Part shown: positions 1 through 6,922 of the stretch, piece after piece
Position numbering within the stretch: the first letter of the stretch is position 1
How the letters are laid out: every line of letters starts with the position of its first letter
Origin: a virus
Lineage: Duplodnaviria; Caudoviricetes
Virus record (IMG/VR): IMGVR_UViG_3300045747_000505
Length of the DNA stretch: 64,000 bases
Direction: 5' to 3' (one strand)
Translations under genes and position numbers: made by a program
Notes under the pieces: generated by a model
Seen by the model: the letters and a program-made list of their open reading frames with translations, nothing else
Databases searched by the model: none
What the model was told of the DNA's origin: nothing

Positions 1-1
1 T

Positions 2-475
2 GGTGATTTTGCTGGTGTCAAGCTCTATCGTCGCAAGGGTCAAATCTTTGCGATTGATCCACACGACAACAATGATCTTGTGTATTGGGTCAAAACGGAT
101 GTTCGCAAGATCAACGTCATTGGCACCACGGCAATTTGCCAACGGGCTCTCTGGCGAAATACAAACAATGCCAGCACCAATGGATTGCCTGAACACATTT
201 TCTTCGATGTCTGGTTGAAAACCTATGATGCCATCGTCACAGATGGAATGCAAACAACTGGTGGGAAGAACTTCTGGTTTCGTCGAGTCAAAGACGCTTT
301 CGCTCTTGGGCACAGCGTGTATTACGCTCGCGAGCTGTCACCTCAAACCGTTGTTAAGCTAAAATCATTTGCTGAATTTCAGCGATTGGCGCTTGACGGC
401 ACAATCTGGGGAACAACCCCAGACTACAAACATCGCTTGGTGGTAATCACCACCAAGACTTTAGACGAACGATAG
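2..475 (+). CDS. GNAT-like phage protein, 5'-truncated by window edge
   Basis: Frame open from nt 2. Motif IVTDGMQTTGGKNFW is shared with the 4332 and 7237 paralogs. Confidence 0.6.
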   Translation, partial: GDFAGVKLYRRKGQIFAIDPHDNNDLVYWVKTDVRKINVIGTTAICQRALWRNTNNASTNGLPEHIFFDVWLKTYDAIVTDGMQTTGGKNFWFRRVKDAFALGHSVYYARELSPQTVVKLKSFAEFQRLALDGTIWGTTPDYKHRLVVITTKTLDER

Positions 476-484
476 GAATACGAT

Positions 485-558
485 AGCGGGATGGGTGTGG
501 TGGCTGCATAAAAGGCTCATAACCTTTAGGTACTGTTCGATTCAGGATCCCGCTTCCA
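485..558 (+). tRNA. trnM: tRNA-Met/Ile2 (CAT), atypical D-arm
   Basis: AGCGGGA/TCCCGCT acceptor, AAAGG-CTCATAA-CCTTT arm, TTCGA loop, CCA. Confidence 0.8.
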
Positions 559-566
559 GTTTTTAT

Positions 567-638
567 GGGCTTGCTCGATGGGCGAGGAAACGCACTTGCA
601 ATGCGATGCTTGGGGATCGTTACCCCACAGGTCCACCA
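567..638 (+). tRNA. trnA: tRNA-Ala (TGC), atypical T-loop
   Basis: G3:U70, A73, CCA, loop CTTGCAA, T-loop ATCGTTA. Confidence 0.7.
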
Positions 639-644
639 GTTAAT

Positions 645-732
645 GGAGCAATGGTAGAGTGGTCTATTGCGTCGCACTTGAAATGCGAAGGGTCGAAAGG
701 CCCCGTGGGTTCGAATCCTACTTGCTCCGCCA
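645..732 (+). tRNA. trnS: tRNA-Ser (TGA)
   Basis: Long variable arm, loop CTTGAAA, GTTCGAATCC, CCA. Confidence 0.95.
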
Positions 733-795
733 ATTCAAAGAACAACGGTCATCGTCTGCAGCGGTGATTGAAGTGCCGGGAGTAATTGCCCCGGC

Positions 796-920
796 GACCC
801 GCGTGGTGTAACGGTCAGCACGAAAAAGGCATAGGGTTCGAGTCCCTTACTGTCCGCAGGGACAGGCTAGGTTGCACTGAGTATCAGTTCAGAGTTCGAG
901 TCTCTGACGCAATGGGTCCA
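796..920 (+). ncRNA. tRNA-like RNA with a D-arm, two T-arms and no anticodon arm
   Basis: GACCC/GGGTC ends, D-arm GTGTAACGGTCAGCAC, two TTCGAGT hairpins. Confidence 0.45.
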
Positions 921-983
921 CATATTCGAACAACGGCGCCTATCGCGAAGGGCGTCTATAGAAATACCTAGCACAAATTCAAT

Positions 984-1058
984 GGGGGTGTGGTATAGCT
1001 GGGAACACGCTAGCCTTGCACGCTTGAGTCGGGAGTTCGACCCTCCCCACCTCCACCA
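984..1058 (+). tRNA. trnA: tRNA-Ala (TGC)
   Basis: G3:U70, loop CTTGCAC, CCA. Confidence 0.9.
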
Positions 1059-1074
1059 ATTTAGAAAGAGTAAT

Positions 1075-1159
1075 GCGGATATGGGGGAATTGGTAGACCC
1101 GCCAGGTTGAGGGCCTGGTTCTGAAAAGAGTGAGAGTTCGAGTCTCTCTATCCGCACCA
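1075..1159 (+). tRNA. trnL: tRNA-Leu (GAG)
   Basis: CCAGG-TTGAGGG-CCTGG arm, long variable arm, CCA. Confidence 0.92.
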
Positions 1160-1163
1160 TATT

Positions 1164-1221
1164 GGAAACCGTTGTTGAGGGTTATCAGGTTATGAAACAA
1201 TCCTCTTCGCCTTTTGTTTCC
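1164..1221 (+). ncRNA. Repeated structured RNA motif, copy A
   Basis: GGAAAC/GTTTCC closing stem, CG-TTGTT-GAGGG-TTATC...CCTC-TTCG-CCTTTT. Confidence 0.6.
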
Positions 1222-1237
1222 ACCATGTGTTCATGGT

Positions 1238-1315
1238 CAGAGCGTAGTGTAGCCTGGCCAACATCCTCGGTTTGGAACCGATAGATCGCGAGTTCGAATC
1301 TCGCCGCTCTGACCA
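1238..1315 (+). tRNA. trnP: tRNA-Pro (TGG)
   Basis: C1:G72, A73, loop TTTGGAA, CCA. Confidence 0.93.
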
Positions 1316-1328
1316 TGAACATACATTC

Positions 1329-1439
1329 GCAAACCGCTTGTTGAAGGTTATCTTACAGATGAATGGTTCGACTCCATGGGTGACTTCGGTTGCCCTAAGC
1401 TCCGGTCGGGGAGCGACTCCTTCAGCGTCTTTTGTTTGC
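1329..1439 (+). ncRNA. Repeated structured RNA motif, copy B (internal T-loop hairpin)
   Basis: GCAAAC/GTTTGC, CGC-TTGT-TGAAGG-TTATC...CCTTCA-GCG-TCTTTT. Confidence 0.6.
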
Positions 1440-1450
1440 ATAAATAAGCA

Positions 1451-2089
1451 ATGCTACTTCAAGAAATCAAAGGCTCCGGCGAGAAGAATTCCCAGTTCGG
1501 AACGAAGTGGGTTCATCGTGGTGTCGAAAACAAAAAGGTAGCAGATGCCGATCTTCAACAGCACTTGGATGCTGGATGGGAAATCGGAAGACGAATCAAA
1601 GCCGAATTGGCGCCACGAAAGAAGTATCGCACGGTTTGTTCTAAGTGTGATGCTGAGTTCGAGTCGAAACGGAATGACAGATCATTGTGTAATGCCTGCA
1701 CCAAGATTGCCGCAGGCAATAAAGGCGGCGAAACAATGCGGGAACGAGGGTCACACGCTGGATGGCATAACCGCAAAGGCGAACGGAGTTATCCCGAGCG
1801 ATACTTTGAGGATGTCTTTGACAAGGAAGGAATCAATGGTTGGCAACCTGATAAAAAGGTTGGTCGTTGGTTCATAGACTTCGCATTCAGTGATAAAATG
1901 ATCGCTGTAGAAATTGATGGACGTCAGCATAAGATTCAAGATCGTGCTGAGTCTGACAAATTGAAGGACGAATATCTCCGATCGCAAGGTTGGAAGGTGA
2001 TTCGAATAGATTGGTTCAACCCAAGGACACAATCTGGCAAAGATAGACTTCATCCGCAGGTGAAAGCCTTATTGGATGTGTTGAGATAA
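1451..2089 (+). CDS. Homing-type endonuclease, Vsr/DUF559 nuclease domain
   Basis: FIDFAF-x-IAVEIDGRQH...DEYLRSQGWKVIRI. N-terminal NSQFGTKW module shared with the GIY-YIG ORFs. Confidence 0.8.
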   Translation: MLLQEIKGSGEKNSQFGTKWVHRGVENKKVADADLQQHLDAGWEIGRRIKAELAPRKKYRTVCSKCDAEFESKRNDRSLCNACTKIAAGNKGGETMRERGSHAGWHNRKGERSYPERYFEDVFDKEGINGWQPDKKVGRWFIDFAFSDKMIAVEIDGRQHKIQDRAESDKLKDEYLRSQGWKVIRIDWFNPRTQSGKDRLHPQVKALLDVLR

Positions 2090-2090
2090 T

Positions 2091-2166
2091 CAGGGTTTAG
2101 TGTAGTCTGGTAACACGACTGCTTTGGGAGCAGTTATCGAGAGTTCAAATCCCTCATCCCTGACCA
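2091..2166 (+). tRNA. trnP: tRNA-Pro (TGG)
   Basis: ACTGC-TTTGGGA-GCAGT arm, C1:G72, CCA. Confidence 0.9.
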
Positions 2167-2187
2167 TTTTCTGAAAGGGAGGTCAGC

Positions 2188-2415
2188 ATGAAACGCATGC
2201 TCATTGTACTGGCAACGCTCATTCTTTCTGGGTGCGTCGTTGCTCCATACCCTAGAACTTACAGGTCAGAACCCGTGGTCGTTTACTCAGGCTTCTATTG
2301 GGAGCCGAGCGTTTCGCTTTGGTTCCGATTCGGACCTCGCGGTGAACGGTATTATCAGCCACACGGCTTCGACCCTCGTGGTCACCGCGAACATCGTCAT
2401 GGTGGACGCGATTGA
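2188..2415 (+). CDS. Small lipoprotein
   Basis: GGGAGG RBS, signal peptide with lipobox LSGC. Confidence 0.7.
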   Translation: MKRMLIVLATLILSGCVVAPYPRTYRSEPVVVYSGFYWEPSVSLWFRFGPRGERYYQPHGFDPRGHREHRHGGRD

Positions 2416-2628
2416 AAAACAGTCTTCGTCCTGACAATGACGAAGTGGTGGAGTCTGACGTGTAACCACGTCGGTCCTAGCGCAAGTGGCCAAGCACTCT
2501 AATAAGTGCCACCACGCGCAACACGCATGGCGAGTGTCTTTCGCCTAAAGGTACTGGAAATGGGTCTCCCAAGCTCAGCCGGTAAAAGTACCACGCGCTG
2601 TGACAGCCTAGTCAGCGCAGCATTCAAT

Positions 2629-2704
2629 GCGGCGTTAATTCAGTTGGTAGAATACGTGCTTGCCAAGCACGATGTCGCCGGTTCGAACCCGGCACGCCGC
2701 TCCA
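2629..2704 (+). tRNA. trnG: tRNA-Gly (GCC)
   Basis: Loop TTGCCAA, U73, CCA. Confidence 0.96.
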
Positions 2705-2793
2705 ATCTTCGGTCGCAAGACCAAAGCGCCTTCCGAGCGATACGGCTGTCCAATCGGCAACGGAGAGGACGTAAGCTAACAGTTGCACCTTAT

Positions 2794-2866
2794 GCGGGAT
2801 TTTTCCTGGGAGAAGACTCAGCCTTCCAAGCTGATGGACTCGGTTCGAATCCGGGATCCCGCTCCA
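2794..2866 (+). tRNA. trnG: tRNA-Gly (TCC), atypical D-arm
   Basis: TCAGC-CTTCCAA-GCTGA arm, U73, CCA. Confidence 0.88.
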
Positions 2867-2875
2867 GAATACAAT

Positions 2876-2965
2876 GGGTCTGTAGCTCAGCTGGCAGAGC
2901 AGTTGGCTAGGCGCGTAAGCGCTGAAACCGACGAGTCGGATGTTCGAATCATCCCAGACCCACCA
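2876..2965 (+). tRNA. tRNA body with a 21-nt anticodon loop (14-nt GNRA hairpin insertion)
   Basis: Perfect acceptor, D and T arms and CCA. Loop CTA-GGCGC-GTAA-GCGCT-GAAA. Confidence 0.7.
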
Positions 2966-2967
2966 AT

Positions 2968-3098
2968 GTGGAAGTAGCTCAGTTGGTAGAGCGGCCGCCT
3001 CGTCGAAAAACACCCGTGAACGCCCCTTGTTGCGTAAGCAACCGATTGTGAATGGTTATCCAAGCAGCTCGTCGTTGGTTCGAATCCAGCCTTCCACC
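2968..3098 (+). tRNA. tRNA-Gly-like gene with a 58-nt anticodon-loop insertion (permuted motif, copy C)
   Basis: GTGGAAG/CTTCCAC acceptor, canonical D and T arms, loop starts CT and ends TCCAA, no encoded CCA. Confidence 0.65.
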
Positions 3099-3145
3099 CC
3101 GCCTTTTTTACCGATAAATAGAAGTGATTCAACAGGAGCACTTCT

Positions 3146-3796
3146 ATGGTTCAAGCAAGCAGACGCAAGCACCACTACATTTACAAAATTACGCAGGTTG
3201 ATACCGGCAGATTCTACATTGGGATGCACTCAACAGATAATCTCAACGACGAGTATTTCGGTTCTGGGAAAATCATAACCGCTTCGATTAAGAAGCACGG
3301 CAAAGATAAGTTCATCAAAGAAATTCTTGAGCACCTACCATCCCGCGAAGCACTGAAACTTCGAGAGGAGACTATTGTGAATGCCGAGTTAATCAATGAT
3401 GCCCTTTGTATGAATCTTCAGATCGGAGGTGGCGGCGGTTTTAGTAATGACGCGCACCAACGTCGATGCTCAGAAGTTGGTAAGGCACGCTTCCTTGAAA
3501 AGCTAAAGGACCCAGAGTTTGCTGCAACCTATGCAAAGACCCATAAAATTTCTACACGAAAACGTATTGACGAGGCGTGTGAAGAGTTTGGTTTTTGGCA
3601 CAACGGCTTCGTAGGCAAAAGACATAGCGCCGAATCAAAAGCCAAAATAGGCAAAGGCAATTCATTAGCACAACTTGGTGAGAGAAACTCCCAATTTGGA
3701 ACGAAATGGATGCATTTCGATAAACAAAATGTAAAAGTTAAACCGCACGAAGTGAATGATTTCCTTCAGCGTGGTTTCAACTTTGGACGAACATAG
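3146..3796 (+). CDS. GIY-YIG homing endonuclease (SegB-like)
   Basis: HYIYKITQVDTGRFYIGMHST...YFGSG; lies in tRNA cluster; TAAATA upstream. Confidence 0.9.
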   Translation: MVQASRRKHHYIYKITQVDTGRFYIGMHSTDNLNDEYFGSGKIITASIKKHGKDKFIKEILEHLPSREALKLREETIVNAELINDALCMNLQIGGGGGFSNDAHQRRCSEVGKARFLEKLKDPEFAATYAKTHKISTRKRIDEACEEFGFWHNGFVGKRHSAESKAKIGKGNSLAQLGERNSQFGTKWMHFDKQNVKVKPHEVNDFLQRGFNFGRT

Positions 3797-4115
3797 AGCA
3801 TCGGCGGAAGCACGATGCGGGAATTTAGTTTCGCACTGTTCCCACCCAGTTTCCTCGTGCAGCCGATAGCTGTGTTTTTCGAGTGGTTTTTCCTAAAAAC
3901 CACCCCGCGGCTCGTGGTGAAGAGTGGGAACTTCAGTTGATTCCCGGGTTGGCCTGTCAGCCAACAGATACGAATACTCTTACTGACGTGGCGATAGATG
4001 TGTAACCCCATCAAGTCGCTTGAGTTGCTGATTGATGAACGCGAGAAGTAATCAGCTAGTCGACGAGTAGAAACTCGTAAGTCGTTGAGTGCCGGAATCA
4101 CTTGGCGCAGTAATT
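3797..4115 (+). ncRNA. Candidate ~320-nt multi-hairpin ncRNA
   Basis: At least six helices read by eye; no credible + strand ORF. Confidence 0.4.
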
Positions 4116-4119
4116 CAAT

Positions 4120-4205
4120 GCGGGTGTGCTGTAATTGGTAGCCAGCGTACGTTCAGACCGTACGGTCCTTAGGACATGCAGGTTCGATGCCTGTCACCCG
4201 CACCA
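4120..4205 (+). tRNA. trnL: tRNA-Leu (CAG)
   Basis: GTACG-TTCAGAC-CGTAC arm, long variable arm, CCA. Confidence 0.92.
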
Positions 4206-4213
4206 AACAAAAT

Positions 4214-4299
4214 GCGTCTGTGCTGCAATTGGTAGACAGCGTCGGTTGAGAACCGGCGGTCCCTAGGACATGTGGGTTCGATGCCCATCAGACGCACCA
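4214..4299 (+). tRNA. trnL: tRNA-Leu (GAG)
   Basis: Loop TTGAGAA, long variable arm, CCA. Confidence 0.92.
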
Positions 4300-4300
4300 C

Positions 4301-4307
4301 ATAAATA
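4301..4307 (+). promoter_or_regulatory. T4-type late promoter (one example of about 30 TAAATA sites)
   Basis: ATAAATA upstream of + genes (about 3114, 4301, 6809, 11809, 12891, 19299, 22541, 26446, 32810, 34430, 42782, 45691, 52654, 57178, 57798, 61374, 62208, 63620). Reverse-complement sites lie upstream of all four - strand genes (about 14727, 18411, 37077, 57790). Confidence 0.8.
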
Positions 4308-4331
4308 CTCCTGCCTTAGTAGGAGCTTGGA

Positions 4332-5015
4332 ATGATTCTTGCGGACTTGAAGCCATCGACATCTCGCACGACGTTTATTGAAACGTGGCTTTGTGAAATG
4401 CCAAGTGGTCTTGGCACATTCGAAACTTTCGAGACGCTGGAGTATTCAATCAAGGACTTTCTGAAGTACGGCATCAAGGTTGTCAACGTCAATGGCGTCA
4501 ACAAGATTGATGCTGGCGACAAGGTCTTCTACTGGTTCGAAGCCAACGGGAGCATTCAGCTCGCAACGGAGCTTCATAAAAAATCAGAAGGGCTGGTCGT
4601 CAGTCTTACTGGTAAGAATCCAAAGCTTCGAGGAAGAGCACCATACGCAAGCGAGCTGTACTCTGTCGTGCTAAAGGACTCTGGTAAAAACATTCGACTG
4701 ATGTCTGACACGCAGCTAAGCGACGAAGGTCTTGCTCTTTGGAAGAAGCTCGTTAAGCAGGGCCATAAGGTTTCTGTTTATGACGCAGCCAATCCAGGCA
4801 AATCATTCAAGTCATTTGAGACGCCAGCCGAGCTTGATGCGTTCTTCAAAGATGGCGATACGAATTTCAAGCGTTTTCAATATGTTCTCTCAGAAGAGCT
4901 GCTGAGCTACTGCTCGATGCGAGCAAGCTTTAGACTTCGTTTGCTGAGAGAAACGGTTGGTCATGATTTGACTGACGCACCAAATCCCGTAAGGGTGCCG
5001 TCGAGCTTGGCTTGA
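4332..5015 (+). CDS. GNAT-like phage protein
   Basis: YASELY...LMSDTQLSDEGLALWKKL; late promoter at about 4301. Confidence 0.6.
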   Translation: MILADLKPSTSRTTFIETWLCEMPSGLGTFETFETLEYSIKDFLKYGIKVVNVNGVNKIDAGDKVFYWFEANGSIQLATELHKKSEGLVVSLTGKNPKLRGRAPYASELYSVVLKDSGKNIRLMSDTQLSDEGLALWKKLVKQGHKVSVYDAANPGKSFKSFETPAELDAFFKDGDTNFKRFQYVLSEELLSYCSMRASFRLRLLRETVGHDLTDAPNPVRVPSSLA

Positions 5016-5333
5016 CGTCTAGCTAAACTGAGAAGCGACAAGAAGCTCATGCGCAGGCCGGCTGTGAGTGAAAGCCTTAGGGAAGGGGCTAGCGAGAAGG
5101 GTCAAAGCCCTTCAACACCCATTTGGTAAGAGTATGATGTGCTCTTACCAAATGGTCAAGATGGCTTAGCGGCTACACACGTGTCGCGACGGATGGCTCT
5201 GTCGGTCGTGGCTTTGCGAAGACAATGTGAAGCTCCCAAGAGTAAGATGAGCATGAGGGAGCACTTGACCATTCATAATTTGCCACCCTACCCAAGGGGT
5301 CCGAGAGAGTGGTTGGAAGCATCTCGGCGAGTA

Positions 5334-5405
5334 TTTCACGTAGCTCAATAGGCAGCAGCACCGCTTAGTATGGCGGGGATGCGGGTTCGAGCCCCGTCGT
5401 GTAAT
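5334..5405 (+). pseudogene. Degenerate tRNA (AGT-like loop)
   Basis: D-arm TAGCTCAATAGGCAGCAGC and GGTTCGAGCCC T-arm; irregular anticodon loop; no CCA. Confidence 0.5.
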
Positions 5406-5423
5406 CGTGGCATTCAATTCCAT

Positions 5424-5501
5424 CTGGGCGTAGTGTAGTCTGGCCAACATCCTCGGTCCGGAACCGATAGATCGCAGGTTCGAATCCTGCCGCCCAGACC
5501 A
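5424..5501 (+). tRNA. trnP: tRNA-Pro (CGG)
   Basis: Loop TCCGGAA, C1:G72, CCA; close paralog of 1238. Confidence 0.93.
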
Positions 5502-5673
5502 ATTCAAGAAAACGGGACCAAGGCTGCGAGGTAAGCTCTTGCTGCCAAGGTCCCGGGTTGTAAATATCCTGAGACGTGCCGATACACCATCGTAGGCCGT
5601 CCCAACGTACACGATTGCTCTATGGTCGCCGCAAGCGTCACGTGAGCGATAGGACAGGAAGGTGCAACCATCT

Positions 5674-5711
5674 ATTCAATTGCAACTTGAACATTCAATT
5701 GCAACTTCAAC
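5674..5711. repeat. 19-bp tandem repeat upstream of release factor
   Basis: ATTCAATTGCAACTTGAAC then ATTCAATTGCAACTTCAAC. Confidence 0.8.
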
Positions 5712-5722
5712 TGGAGGACAAC

Positions 5723-6391
5723 ATGAAGTGTATACTTGAAGTGCGCGCCGCGGAAGGCGGCGATGATGCGAAGCTCTTCGCAAAGGATCTTGCTGCGGCC
5801 TACGGTCGCATGTTCAGCCGCTTCGGCTGAAAGCATCGCCTGCTAGATTCTCGTCAAGGCGAGATCTCGTTAGAGGTCAGCGGCGAGGATTTGACAGGCT
5901 TGCGACAAGAGGCTGGTGGTCATCGCATCATGCGGGTTCCACCAACCGAGCGTAAGGGTCGCGTTCACACTTCAACGGTGACGGTCGCCGTGCTCGACGA
6001 GGCGAAGGCCTCCAGCATCGAGTTCAACGACCGTGACTTTCGCGTCGAGTGGTACTCTGGCACCGGTGCTGGCGGACAACACCGCAACAAGCATCAGAAC
6101 TCGTGTCGCATCACGCATCGCTCAGGAGCGGTGGCTACGGCTCAGTGTCGTAGTCGCGAGAACTCTCTGGCCGAGGCGACGATTGCGATACTGGCACGGT
6201 TGAATGGAGCGGAGCAAGCGTCATCAGCGCTGGCACGGTCGCTCGACCGAAAACAACAAACTGGCAGTGGTGAGCGTGGTGATAAAATACGCACCTACCG
6301 CTTTCAAGACAACTCGGTCAAGGACCATCGCACCAACAACAGCGCGGCTCTCGACATTGTCCTCAACGGCAAGTTCGATCTGCTTTGGTAA
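5723..6391 (+). CDS. RF1-like peptide chain release factor lacking domain 1, with in-frame TGA at codon 36
   Basis: GGAGGA RBS; LEVRAAEGGDDAKLF, GGHRIMRVPPTE (PxT), GAGGQHRNK (GGQ), GERGDKIRTY. TGA at 5828-5830, then the frame stays open to 6391. Confidence 0.85.
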
Positions 6392-6397
6392 ATAGCC

Positions 6398-6486
6398 GCG
6401 GGCTTGGCGAAATTGGTAGACGCAACGGGCTTAAACCCCGTGGCCTTTCACGAGGCGTGCGGGTTCGATGCCCGCAGTCCGCACCA
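6398..6486 (+). tRNA. trnL: tRNA-Leu (TAA)
   Basis: ACGGG-CTTAAAC-CCCGT arm, CCA. Confidence 0.94.
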
Positions 6487-6502
6487 ACATCTGGAGACAA
6501 CA

Positions 6503-6703
6503 ATGAACAAGATCATCGCAGCCATTCTGCTCGCGCTAGTAGCAATCATCATCGCCGGCCTCGTCTACGCGCCAAAGCGTCACACGCCGGTTGGCTCGCT
6601 TGAAGCCACCGTCGAATGCAAGGACGGCCACAAGTGGATTCGCAATCGCGACGGCAAGCTCATCGAGTGGATAACGGCCAACGGCACTAAGCCGCCGTGC
6701 TGA
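6503..6703 (+). CDS. Small membrane-anchored protein
   Basis: GGAG RBS, N-terminal TM helix. Confidence 0.65.
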   Translation: MNKIIAAILLALVAIIIAGLVYAPKRHTPVGSLEATVECKDGHKWIRNRDGKLIEWITANGTKPPC

Positions 6704-6708
6704 TATCT

Positions 6709-6783
6709 GGGCCGTTAGCTCACTGGGTAGAGCGTTCCCCTCATAAGGGACGGGGGAGGGTCCGATTCCCTCACGGCCTACCA
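6709..6783 (+). tRNA. tRNA-Ile2/Met (CAT)
   Basis: Loop CTCATAA, CCA. Confidence 0.88.
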
Positions 6784-6836
6784 ACCTGCATAAAGACAGC
6801 ACCGGTTGATAAATAGATGATACAATGAAATTCAAT

Positions 6837-6916
6837 GTAGAGATGGCGGAGCATGGTCAAACGCAACGCGCTGCAAACGCGTACAATCCCGGGTTCGAAT
6901 CCCGGTCTCTACTCCA
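6837..6916 (+). tRNA. trnC: tRNA-Cys (GCA)
   Basis: ACGCG-CTGCAAA-CGCGT arm, U73, CCA. Confidence 0.9.
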
Positions 6917-6922
6917 AACAAT

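Noticed and set aside
5060-5170. RNase P RNA (GAGTGAAAGCC ... GGCTTA resembles P4)
   Set aside because: Spacing is too short, the other conserved regions are missing, and the segments fall in competing hairpins.
5891-6391. Stand-alone ArfB/YaeJ-like ORF starting at TTG 5891
   Set aside because: No RBS. The upstream in-frame segment from ATG 5723 supplies the RF domain-2 motif EVRAAEGG, so the two parts form one gene.
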